Positions 1 to 12,231 of a stretch of 64,000 nt of DNA are shown here, piece after piece. Position numbers and translations under genes: made by a program. The notes beneath the pieces were generated by a model. It was not told the DNA's origin. It ran no database searches and worked only from the letters and a program-made list of their open reading frames with translations. Every line of letters begins with the position of its first letter. The stretch's first letter is position 1. The DNA is from Lingula anatina. Lineage: Eukaryota; Animalia; Brachiopoda. The stretch is taken from assembly GCA_051362555.1 (NCBI GenBank), contig CM120643.1, positions 3,906,001 to 3,970,000 of the forward strand, in the 5' to 3' direction.

Positions 1-1326
1 ACAACAAAAAATTGCAAGAGTAGTTTTAGGCCCGTTGTACTATAAAATACATACAGTCTGATTATACAAACAGTGAAACACGCACACAACTTACGAGCAC
101 ACTGTTCTTCTTTATTTATTTCATTTTCCATATCAGCTATCATCTGCAATATGTTCAATAAATTAAAGAAATCGTGTTAACGGGATACTAGAATTCTGTA
201 TCTTTATTTGGTATAGTTTGTAATGTAAACTTCATTTGTACCATTACCAGAATGATCAGCAAATCGTCATGTGACAAGAAATTTTTAAGAATTTCATTTA
301 AAATATGAATTAATCACATAAAAAATCATGAATGACGGATAAAAAGGCGCAGTGTGGGCTTACATAGAACTTGCTACAGAATTTCAGATTTGAATAAAAA
401 ATAAAACTAACCAGCGACTGTGTAGACATTGTCTCTTTGCTTTGTTTACTAAAACAATAAACAGGAATAATTATTGTATAAAAGAATTTCATTGGAACCT
501 GTTGCTGATATTGGTCGTCAGTCCTTTACAAATCCTAAGTCTCACCTCTTGCACAGCGCCATCTATACTCAACAATTTTTATATGGCGTGGGCAAAGGGT
601 GACGCTGAAAAGCCCGAATTTTCATCAAACGTTCTGCACACTGAGTTTCACCATACATCAGGACACTTTTCTTAGATGATTTTGTTATAGATTCTATTGA
701 CAAACTTAATCGGTGAATTCAGGATGAGACATCTAAAGTGACGGATACATATGGTATCGACTGTGTCAGTTGTTCACTGTTCACATCACGATGCAATGTG
801 CTGGTGAAGATTTTACAAAATGCTTCAGAATGTTGACGCTGCAGATTAAAAGTGTTTTTGGAGAACTGACACGATTGCAAGCCGTCATCTACTTCAACTT
901 TTCCATTCTCTTTTCTTCTGAAATTACCCAATGGCTTATGAAGGTGAGATAATTAATTGGAGAGCTGACGTTATGCCTTCTAATATAATTTTTATTTTAA
1001 GTGGGCATTTTTCTTTTTTCTTTTGAGTCATCTGTCGAAATAGTAATATATGAACTTAACTATGAACAACTAAAACTTCCCATGGAGTGTCCACTTACGT
1101 GAACTAGCACTACCATCCCGAGTTTCAGAAAGCACCATAAACCCACCTCTTTATTATCATTACTGGTACAGTGTATGCTTCAGCTTTGACTTACAACAAT
1201 ACTTTTTTTGGTAAATTTATTTTATAAATTATTTCTTTGCATTTTATTTGATGTAATTCTAATATTCTGGATCTTGAGGAAAAACCCTAGTCATTGACTT
1301 TTTTTTGTCTTTTCCAGTCCATCATC

Positions 1327-2110
1327 TGACTCCACACTACACTGTACTAGGAGGCACAGGATTATACTGCCACAATGGAACATAATGACTCCAGACTACT
1401 ACACTGTACTGGGAGGCACAGGACTATACTGCCACAATGGAACACAATGACTCCAGACTACTACGCTGTACTAGTAGACACAGGACTATACTGCCACAAT
1501 GGACAACAATGACTCCAGAATACTACACTGTACTAGGAGACACAGGACTATACTGCCACAATGGAACACAATGACTCCAGACTACTACACTATACTAGGA
1601 GGCACAGGACTATACTGCCACAATGGAACACAATGACTCCAGAGTACTACACTGTACTAGGAGGCACAGGACTATACTGCCACAATGGAATACTGACTCC
1701 AAACTAAAATGCTGCACTAGGAGGCACAAGACTATACTGCCACAATGGAACACAATGACTCCAGACTACTACACTGCACTAGGAGGCACAGGACTATACT
1801 GCTACAATGGAACACAATGACTCCAGACTACTACACTGCACTAGGAGGCACAGGACTATACTGCCACAATGGAACACAATGACTCCAGACTACTACACTG
1901 TACTAGGAGGCACAGGACTATACTGCCACAATGGAACACAATGACTCCAGACTACTACACTGTACTAGGAGGCACAGGACTATACTGCCACAATGGAACA
2001 CAATGACTCCAGACTACTACACTGTACTAGGAGGCACAGGACTATACTGCCACAATGGAACACAATGACTCTAGACTACTACACTGTACTAGGAGACACG
2101 GGACTATACT
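1327..2110 (+). repeat. 62-bp minisatellite, about 12-13 copies, followed by a poly-A run (2111-2131) and a partial unit
   Basis: Unit GACTCCAGACTACTACACTGTACTAGGAGGCACAGGACTATACTGCCACAATGGAACACAAT recurs with a 62-bp period. Confidence 0.95.
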
Positions 2111-2467
2111 AAAAAAAAAAAAAAAAAAAAACACAATGACTCCAGACTTATTTTCAAGATGGTCAGATAACAATAGAGTTTCATAAATTGTCATAAGTAG
2201 ATTGCATTGTCTTTTAGATTATTACATATTTCAGTGAGTTTTTGAATCTGTAATGCTGCTTAATTACAGCCTTTCAGCAAGTTTTCATCTTGTTCAATGT
2301 AATACCTGATATTTGAGTGATTTTGTGTTGCTACTGATGTAAGAATTTTTATATAAATCTTTCGGATATTTTATTGCTTTGTCAAAGAAATTGAAGGAAC
2401 AGTTTTTAAGACACTTGAAAATAAAGTAGATTGCTTTAAAGATGTATTTTTTATTGTCTTCCTGTGG

Positions 2468-2581
2468 ATCACACATGTTCTCCATACAAGTTTGTATGTG
2501 ATAATGGCTGCTTTATCAACTTATCATGAAGATGTGACCAGGACAATGACTGTAGAGCTAACAGTGATGAGGAAGGGTGTA
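2468..2581 (+). pseudogene. Pseudo-exon encoding one LDL-receptor class A (LDLa) module
   Basis: 114-bp phase 1-1 segment translates to HTCSPYKFVCDNGCFINLS*RCDQDNDCRANSDEEGC, matching the LDLa pattern C..F.C.NG.CI...W.CD...DC.D.SDE..C. TGA replaces the conserved Trp (2527-2529); donor GTAAGT at 2582; acceptor reads CTGTGG instead of ...AG. Confidence 0.85.
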
Positions 2582-2822
2582 GTAAGTATTACTTAGAATG
2601 AAGATGTGACCACAACAATGACTGTAGAGATAACAGTGATGAGGAAGGGTATAGTAAGTATTACTTAGAATGAAGATGTGACAACAACAATGACTGTAGA
2701 GATAACAGTGATGAGGAAGGGTATAGTAAGTATTACTTAGAATGAAGATGTGACAACAACAATGACTGTAGAGATAACAGTGATGAGGAAGGGTGTGGTA
2801 AGTATTACTTAGAATGAAGATG
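2526..2822 (+). repeat. 72-bp tandem repeat, about 4 copies, derived from the 3' half of the LDLa exon plus its splice donor
   Basis: ATGAAGATGTGAC...GAGGAAGGGT(G/A)TAGTAAGTATTACTTAGA starts at 2526, 2598, 2670 and 2742. Confidence 0.9.
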
Positions 2823-3039
2823 GATATCAAAGAAATGGGTTGTCAGGTAGTGCACTGGGTAATGGCCTACATGAAGCTGTAAAGATTGCTTGTCAATTTA
2901 GCACATACATGTATTGAGAGACGGGTAATGGGTTCATTTTATGCAGAAAATTAAAATTTCTGTCTTAGAAAATAAGATATAAATTATGTTCCAGCTTTTA
3001 AATTACAGAAATTATTCCATTTCAAAAATTGTTGCACAG

Positions 3040-6000
3040 CTGATTCATATACTGCTATTGAAAAAGTTGTATATAGTCACCTGTTGTAAATTCCAACATA
3101 TTTTTAAATTATTGTTAAGCATCATTTGTACAAATTTTAGAAACATTGGACAAGATTTGACAAAATTATTAACGTTTAACTATTTTATGTCATGGGATTT
3201 GCCAGTGTTTTCATTGTAATTTTCAGTTTTTTCAAAGATATTGTCCAAAGAGGATACTTGTCATAAGACACAGTCATTTGATCAGCTTATCACAGGTTTT
3301 TATTGTTGGTAAGCATCATTTGTACAAATTTCAGAAATATTTGACCAGATTTGACAAAATTAATAATGTTTAATTATTTTAAGCCATGAGATTTGCCAGT
3401 CTTTTCAATGTAAATTTCATTTTTTCCAAATATGTTGTCCCAAAAAACACTTTTCATTAGATACAGTCGACAGATCATCTAATCACAGATTTTTATTGTT
3501 GTTAAGCATCATTTGTACAAATTTCAGAAATATTGGACAAGATTTGACAAAATTATTAACATTTAACTATTTTAAGTTATGAGATTTGCCAGCGTTTTCT
3601 ATGTTATTTTCAGTTTTTTCAGTTATATTGTTCTTTTTCCAGAGTACCTTTACCATGAAGATGCAGGCAGCGAAAGACAGCACCAAGAGCAGCACTATGT
3701 CTTATCCATGTGTACAATACATGATATGTGGCAAGATTTAGGACATTGTCAAATGTTGTGATAACAGCAACCCATTCCAGAAACCCATTGTAAGGAGTAA
3801 TCTGCATCTGGCATTGATAGTAAGGAGAAGTCTTGTATGGGTATATATTGTTTTCCAGATAACAGTTATAGGTAATTTGCAACCTCCTACACAAACAACC
3901 TCAAATCATCACATTTGCTATTTTATTTTATAATCACATTGCAAAATAATTAACATTTAACTATTTTAAGCCATGGAATTTGCCAGATTTTTCAGTGTAA
4001 TTTTTAGTTTTTTCAAGGATATTGTCGAAAGAAGATACTTTTCATAAGACACAGTCATTTGATCAGCTTATCACAGGTTTTTATTGTTGTTAAGCATCAT
4101 TTGTACAAATTTCAGAAACACTGGACTAGATTTGATAAAATTATTAACGTTTAACTATTTGAAGTCCTTGGATTTGCCAGGCTTTTCAATGTAAATTTCA
4201 TTTTCCCCAAATATGTTGTCCCAAAAAACACTTTTCATTAAATACAGTCAACAGATCATCTAATCACAGATTTTTATTATTGTTAAGCATCATTTGTACA
4301 AATTTCAGAAATATTGGACAAGATTTGAAAATTTTATTAACGTTTAACTATTTTAAGTCATGAAATTTGCCAGTGTTTTCAACGTAAATTTCAGTTTTCC
4401 CAAATTTGTTGTCCCAAAAAACACTTTTCATTAAATACAGTCAACAGATCATCTAATCACAGATTTTTATTATTGTTAAGCATCATTTGTACAAATTTCA
4501 GAAATATTGGACAAGATTTGAAAATTTTATTAACGTTTAACTATTTTAAGTCATGAAATTTGCCAGTGTTTTCAACGTAAATTTCAGTTTTCCCAAATTT
4601 GTTGTCCCAAAAAACACTTTTCATTAAATACAGTCAACAGATCATCTAATCACAGATTTTTATTATTGTTAAGCATCATTTGTACAAATTTCAGAAATAT
4701 TGGACTTGATTTGACAAAATTATTATCGTTTAACTATTTTAAGTCCTTGAATTTGCCAGTCTTTTCAATGTAAATTTCAGTTGTCCCAAATATGTTGTCC
4801 CAAAAAACACTTTTCATTAGATACAGTCAACAGATCATCTAATCACAGATTTTTATTGTTGTTAACCATCATTTGTACAAATTTCAGAAATATTGGACTA
4901 GATTTGACAAAATTATTATCGATTAACTATTTTAAGTCATTGCATTTGCCAGTCTTTTCAATGTAATTTTCAGTTTTTTCAGTTATATTGTTTTTTTTTC
5001 CAGAGTACCCTTACCATGAAAAGGCAGGCAGTGAAATACAGCACCAAGAGCAGCACTATGTCTTATCCATGTGTACAATACATGATATGTGGCAAGATTT
5101 AGGATATTGTCAAATGTTGTGATAACAATTAACAACCCATTCCAGAAACTGATTGTAAGGAGTAATCTGCATCTGGCATTGATAGTAAGGAGAAGTCTTG
5201 TTTGGGTATATATTGTTTTCCAGATAACAGTTATAGGTAATTTGCAACCTCCTACACAAACAACCTCAAATTATCACATTTGCTATTTTATTTTATAATC
5301 ACATTGCAAAATTATTAACATTTAACTATTTTAAGCCATGGAATTTGCCAGATTTTTCAGTGTAATTTTCAGTTTTTTCAAGGATATTGTCGAAAGAAGA
5401 TACTTTTCATTAGACACAGTCATTTGATCATCTAATCACAGGTTTTTATTGTTGTTATGCATCATTTGTACAAATTTCAGAAATATTGGACAAGATTTGA
5501 CAAAATTATTAACGTTTAACTATTTGAAGTCCTTGGATTTGCCAGTCTTTTCAATGTAAATTTCATTTTTCCCAAATATGTTGTCCCAAAAACCACTTTT
5601 CATTAGATACAGTCAACAGATCATCTAATCACAGATTTTTATTGTTGTTAAGCATCATTTGTACAAATTTCAGAAATATTGGACAAGATTTGACAAAATT
5701 AATAATGTTTAACTATTTTAAGCCATGAGATTTGCTAGTGTTTTCAATGTAAATTTCAGTTGTCCTAAATTAATTGTCCCAAAAAACACTTTTCATTAGA
5801 TACAGTCAATAGATCATCTAAATACAGATTTTTATTGTTGTTGTGCATCATTTGTACAAATTTCAGAAATATTGGACAAGATATGACAAAATAATTAACA
5901 TTTAACTATTTGAAGTCCTTGGATTTGCCAGTCTTTTCAATGTAAATTTCAGTTGTCCCAAATATGTTGTCCCAAAAAACACTTTTCATTAGATACAGTC

Positions 6001-7030
6001 AACAGATCATCTAATCACATATTTTTATTGTTCTTAAGCATCATTTGTACAAATTTCAGAAATATTGGACTAGATTTGACAAAATTATTAACGTTTAACT
6101 ATTTTATGTCATGGAATTTGCCAGCGTTTTCTATGTTATTTTCAGTTTTTTCAGTTATATTCTTCTTTTTCCAGAGTTACCCTTACTATGAAGATGCAGG
6201 CAGTGAAAGACAGCACCAAGAGGAGCACTATGTCTTATCCATGTGTACAATACATGATATGTGGCAAGATTTAGGACATTGTCAAATGTTGTGATAACAA
6301 TTAACAACCCATTCCAGAAACCGATAGTAAGGAGTAATCTGCATCTGGCATTGATAGTAAGGAGAAGTCTTGTTTGGGTATATATTGTTTTCCAGATAAC
6401 AATTATAGGTAATTTGCAACCTCCTACACAAACAACCTCAAATCATCACATTTGCTCTTTTATTTTATAATCACATTGCAAAATTATTAACATTTAACTA
6501 TTTTAAGCCATGGAATTTGCCAGATTTTTCAGTGTACTTTTCAGTTTTTTCAAGGATATTGTCGAAAGAAGATATTTTTCATTAGACACAGTCATTTGAT
6601 CAGCTTATCACAGGTTTTTATTGTTGTTAAGCATCATTTGTACAAATTTCAGAAACACTGGACTAGATTTGACAAAATTATTAACGTTTAACTATTTTAA
6701 GTCATGGGATTTGCCAGTCTTTTCAATGTAAATTTCAGTTGTCCTAAATTAATTGTCCCAAAAAACACTTTTCATTAGATACAGTCAACAGATCATCTAA
6801 TCAGAGATTTTTATTGTTGTTAAGCATCATTTGTACAAATTTCAGAAATATTAGACAATATTTGACAAAATTATTAACGTTTAACTATTTTAAGTCCTTG
6901 GATTTGCTAGTCTTTCCAATGTAATTTTCAGTTTTTTCAGTTATATTGTTCTTTTTTCAGAGTACCCTTACCATGAAAAAGCAGGCAGTGAAAGACAGCA
7001 GCAAGAGCAGCACTTTGTCTTATCCATGTG
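3040..7030. repeat. Complex satellite: ~194-bp monomers interrupted by four copies of a ~300-bp cassette (last copy truncated)
   Basis: AAGCATCATTTGTACAAA at 3117, 3311, 3504 and onward. The cassette, beginning (C)AG|AGTACC..TACCATGAA, starts at 3643, 5004, 6175 and 6961. Confidence 0.9.
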
Positions 7031-8035
7031 TTGAGAGGAAATATGTCTCACACAAAGCAGAATAGATGTTGGTAGTTATGATGGAATTTTATTATGAAGT
7101 GTTATATTAAACCCATATAATATATTTGTTCTTTTATGGGTGAAGTTTTCAACTCTGATGAAGAATTGGAATTGATGTTTACTAAATAATTCCAGATAAA
7201 ATGTTACGCTATTAAAGAGTCAGTCCTCCTGTTTGAATATAGTGTTTGTGCTGATGTTCTGTTTGCAGAAACTTTAGCCCTCATGCTTGCACATAAAATA
7301 TTCCTCAAAGAACTCTCATACCAATATTTGGTTTATTTGTTGCTAATTTAACAATAAGAAATCAGTTAACAGATTTTTAAAATCTTGATTAACCTGTAGG
7401 CTTTACAGATTGCAAGACGTAACCATGAGACTGTATTGTTACATAGTAGTTAGCACATATATTAACTGGATTAATGGACTGAATTAAAAGAAGTGCTAAG
7501 GCAAATACAACCAACAAAAAAGTTCCATGACAAGGATTATCTGACCCGTAATAATGATATTTTTGTTGTATTTAAAATGTGAGGGAAATGATACAGCTTA
7601 GTTAATGTAACAGCGGAGTTGAAATTGAGAATCCAGATGAAAATCAAAAACAGCACTTTGCAGTTTGTTTTAATACATTATCCTAGAAATACATCTGTGT
7701 TGGCTTCCTTGGTGTACTCAACATTCCAGGAACTGTTGTCTTGGTTCAGAAAAGGGTAGAAGATCAATTTTAATTTTACAATATACAAGACATAATAATG
7801 CTTTTTCCTTCTGGCTTTAAACTGTATGTCATGTGACATTTGTATAGACATCTTCAGATGGAAATTTTATTAATGTTGTACAAATATAAAAGCTTTAAGA
7901 AGGCTGGAAGAAAATTTGTCCCACACCATTGCAACATTCACTTAAAAATGATTTTTATTTTCAGCCATGTCCGTACATTGCTGTCACCTATGCTATTTTC
8001 AATTCTTTGGCATGTTAACCGTCTCATTATTGAAC

Positions 8036-8302
8036 TAATTACCTGTTTGTCTGTCATCCACATAACTCAAAAAGCTATGGACCAATTTTGATGAAATTTT
8101 CAGGAACTGTCAGAAGTGGGCCAAAGAACAGATGAATAGTTTTTGGTGGTGATCCGGATCAATAATCAATCAATAATCAATCAATAATCAATAATAAAAA
8201 AAACTTAATCATTATAGAATGATAATTTAGGAGTGAAACGGCATTGGGTGGAGACTTTGCTGACTTGGCAGAGGTCTGCTCTCTCCGAGTGCTTTTTTAG
8301 TT
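8036..8302 (+). mobile_element. Non-autonomous Helentron/HINE-like element, 5'-degraded
   Basis: Core ATAACTCAAAAGCTATGGACCAATTTTGATGAAATTTTCAGG...TTTTGGTGGTGATCCGGATC, an (AATC)n tract, and 3' end CTTGGCAGAGGTCTGCTCTCTCCGAGTGCTTTTTTAGTT (subterminal repeat plus short hairpin), all typical of DINE/HINE elements. Confidence 0.65.
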
Positions 8303-10938
8303 GCATATGTAAACATGTTCTTTTGACATTTTCTGCATCTTAACAATTTTGTTAGTTGTTTATATTAAAATGATGGTAAATCTGTTAGCGTGTATTGTGA
8401 AATAAAGAATAAGAAATGGAAATAAAATTATATCAGTGTAGTGTGTCAGATTCATTCCTTTACTGTTTTCAGATCAAGGAAATTAGATATTTAAAATTGT
8501 TTTATTGATGTATTTTTATTTGTTTGAAAAGAGGTCTGTCCATACTGTAATGCCATACTTGAAATTTTGTTAATTCTTTTGGAGGTGATGTATTGTTCTT
8601 TATGTATGAAGATATATTGATTTTCATTTTTAGATACTAGTGAAAGTCTTTTTGTTTTTGGTACATGCATGCCAATAGTATGTATGTTCTTCATTATTTC
8701 ACTGTAATAAAGGATATTTTTGGGGAAAATATGTATGTTCAATTGTTGCTCTTTTTCTCCGTCTTCTTTTTCTTCCCTTTCACTTTAATTTTTATAAGAA
8801 AAACAAATAATTTTTGTGAAAAAATGGAATAATATCAATAAGTAGATTTTCCAATTAAAAATATACAAAGGTTAGACAAAATTCTAATTTCAAGAGGGGA
8901 ATATTGGTGTGATATATTTTTCAGAAACCTTTTAATCGGCCACTGCGTTACCGATATACACGTTACCATATTGCGTGTAGATTGTTGTTATTGTTGTTAT
9001 TTACGTTGTGAGTTGTCTGTCGGCACAACACTCAATAACTCCCTTTCCTTTAACTTGTTTGATTCCGTTATAATCTTTATCTGCAGTTAGTGAAAGTCTA
9101 AGTCATTTACTTTACAACATCAATTGGCTACAAGTTGCCTTAAATTTTTGCATGTGATCCTCTATCAAGAGGAACTGTAGTGGCCAATAAGATTTTTAAC
9201 TCTGAATTTTTTTACTTCTGAATATTTTGACTGTTATGCGCATTATTTTTTCGCTCGGCTTTCTCCTTTATATTCGCTTAATAAGAGAGAGAGAGAGAGG
9301 GGGTATTCTAATTAAATTCATCCTTGTCTAACACAAATTAATAGAAATGCTGTCAAGATTTTAATGGTTTGATGATATCCCTTTTCAATCACAGTTTTAA
9401 TCCTATATATCATGATTATGAGGAAATATCGCGTGTGATTTTCGCCCAAAAGCCGTGACGTCTGCAGCGCATCTCTGAGGCGCGTTTATTATTTATTCTT
9501 CACTCGTGGAATGATTGTGTTAGTGCAGAAAATTTCTTTCTCACCAGATGACAACTGAAAACTTTGAAAATATTTTATGAATCAACATTAAGATCATCAA
9601 AGCAATCATCATCATCATCGTTATGAACATCACTTCCGGCCAGTCTTATATTACTTCAAGGAACCTAATTTGCATATAAGAGAAAAAATGCATTTTTTCT
9701 GATTTTGGCTTGTCTCCAATTTCTTCATTATTTTCAAATAGCAATGTCATCTTTTGCTCACAAATCTGGACACGTTTATTCCAAATGCATTGTTTGTAAA
9801 TTATGTAATTAGAAATAACTTTTATATCACAGACGTGTATCACGTTTTCACTCCACAGCCATAAAACTCATTGATAGCTGCATGGGTATAAAAGTAGGTC
9901 AATTGCCTGTATAAAATTGCCATACGATTATGATTTTTTAGTGTGGACCGTTTTAGGGGGGAGACACAGATGGGAGATGTTTCAAGATACCAGCAAAATA
10001 TTTTCGTTGCATGCGGGTACTGAAAGTCAGAGTATATTGCAAACTTTGAAAGAAAAGAGTAAAACTAGCCCACATCTCCAGCTTCACCATGTAGAACTTT
10101 ATAGATGCCACGGTCCCTCTTTATTTCATCTGACTCTCCCTAAAATTTTTTTGGACCGCATTAACTGTTCAGCTCCCGGGAACCGCGAAGCATCCAGCGT
10201 GGTGGCAGACGCTGAGCTCTGCAGACGGCACATTGCATTCACAAGAGGGGGTAAAGGTTTTCTAGGGAAATGCTATATTTTATTACATCTGACGAATTAC
10301 GTGATAAAGGAAAGATGTTTTACATATTTGAATTTATATTGACTAAGTGCAATGAGAGACACCGATTCACTGCATTTCTTCTCAAAATTGACAGGTTAAA
10401 AAAAAGAGCAAAAGGAGATTACCTATCTCCCCTATGAATCCTTACATGGCATATCCTATCCGTGAACTTTTGATCTACTTTAGTTTTCACACTCCCACAC
10501 ACACTGAGTTTATATGGTATCAATAGAAATGGGGCGTATTGGTGGGACGGGGGGGGGGGGGGGGAGAGAATTCTAATGTGACTTTTCATGTTCAAGAAGA
10601 TATGGTAGTTCTATTTTGATAATGCTACATGTATAACATATTTGGGTTAATGAACAGTATTACACACAGCTAGACCGAAGTCTGTTGTTTTATACGTTAT
10701 TTTATATGCAATAAAACATTTTATTTTTAAAGATAGATCTGAAGAGCGTTGGCAACGGGGAAGAGCAGTTTTGTATCCAAACCCACAGGTGTTGATTATG
10801 CTGGTCTGCACATTCCGCGCTTTATTGTAATTTTGATCTGATTCGTTTATTTTATGATGATTTACTTAGGACAAATAGTGACCCGATGTACAACTTCGAT
10901 GATTGGATTTGGTTCTCCCCCTCTTCGACGAAGGGCCT

Positions 10939-10942
10939 GTGC

Positions 10943-10977
<35 letters not shown>
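10939..10977. repeat. (GT)n/(GC)n microsatellite
   Basis: Read directly. Confidence 0.9.
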
Positions 10978-10978
<1 letters not shown>

Positions 10979-11289
10979 TTAGTGTATGTGTAGAGGAGAG
11001 TGTATGTCGTTTTCACGTAGTCCTGCCATACATTGACAAGGTACCGACATTATTTTTAAAAATTAATTGTAGCTTAACTCGTACGTCAAGGGTGTGTATA
11101 TTCTATTTTCATTTCCATTTGCTTGAAGCTGTATTTGTTGTTCAGGTTCCATTTTTAATTTAAAATTATTTTGCCTTTGTTCTATTCATTAATTTTTCTT
11201 GTATTATTCTGAAAAGTAATTTTTTTATTTTTAGGTAATAATTACTTTAATTGTTATAGATAGAGTCATCCAGATTTGTTCATGATTCT

Positions 11290-11830
11290 TTTTTATTTAT
11301 TTATTTATTTATTTTAATGCGTTTATTCACTCAAATAAAAAAAAGAAAATATACATATATAATGAAATATTTAAACAGATAAAAATTAAATGCACATAGT
11401 AGGGCCTACTGGTGATAATTTCGGTAATTAAATACTGATAAATAAAAAAGAACATAAATATATAGAAATACTTTCACTCACTCATACATACATACATACT
11501 GCACGTATACATGCTTGTTGTGTGCTACATATCGGCAACTATAACGTACTTAACACGTTATGGTAATGGAATGCGTTTCCATTTTGTATTAAACCAATCT
11601 TCTTTACCTGTCTTTATAGCAATGTATTTTACTATTTTCTTCTTCTGACTGAGAAAATGCAGAAACAGTTCAAAATCATAGACTGATGGATTTTCTGAAT
11701 TTTTGTTTATAAACTGTTTAGCCACAATAATAGAGAAATTTAAAGCTTTTGCGCAGTGGTCGCTAGACAAACAGCCGTACATTATAGTTTTTTCATTTTT
11801 TCTAAAGTGAATGGTATTATTCGGAGTGTT
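11290..11830 (-). mobile_element. 5'-truncated L1/Tx1-type LINE relic (ORF2 C-terminus, 3' UTR, (AAAT)n tail)
   Basis: ORF 11558-11782 (MYGC...ALNFSIIVAKQFINK...FLHFL...KYIAIKTGKEDWFNTKWKRI) resembles the Tx1 ORF2 end (LN.IIL.AK.YI...EKYIA....F..KW). AT-rich tail near 11290-11315. Confidence 0.7.
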
Positions 11831-12172
11831 TATTATAACGTAATCTTCAAGACGTTAACCTTTATCACGCACTTCTAACTTCGTGTCCCTTTTCCATGCA
11901 TCATACGTCACGCATCCCTGTAGTTTGCTTGTTTATTCTTGTTTTGGTACCTGAAGAAGGTTCACAAGCAAAAGCTCAGGCATTTTTTCACCTTTCAGAG
12001 TTAATCTTTACAGATGCGTTTTCAATATATTTTTTCGTAAAAATACGGAAGATGCTGTCGAATGAAAATCTGCAATTTTTTTATCAGTCATAACAGTTAA
12101 TTATCATAAAAGAGGTTTGTTATCTGATTCTGGTCCGAGGATCAACTGGTTGTGAATTCGGCCAGAGACAAC

Positions 12173-12174
<2 letters not shown>

Positions 12175-12228
<54 letters not shown>
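12175..12228. repeat. (GA)n microsatellite
   Basis: Read directly. Confidence 0.95.

Positions 12229-12231
<3 letters not shown>

Noticed and set aside
720-950. Exon-like segment ending in AAG|GTGAG
   Set aside because: No frame is open across the whole segment and no motif was recognised.
2558-2830. His/Cys-rich minus-strand ORF
   Set aside because: Antisense reading of the LDLa-derived 72-bp repeat.
9917-10342. 141-aa ORF
   Set aside because: Non-ATG start, no motif, and it overlaps a dispersed repeat also seen near 48850-48910.
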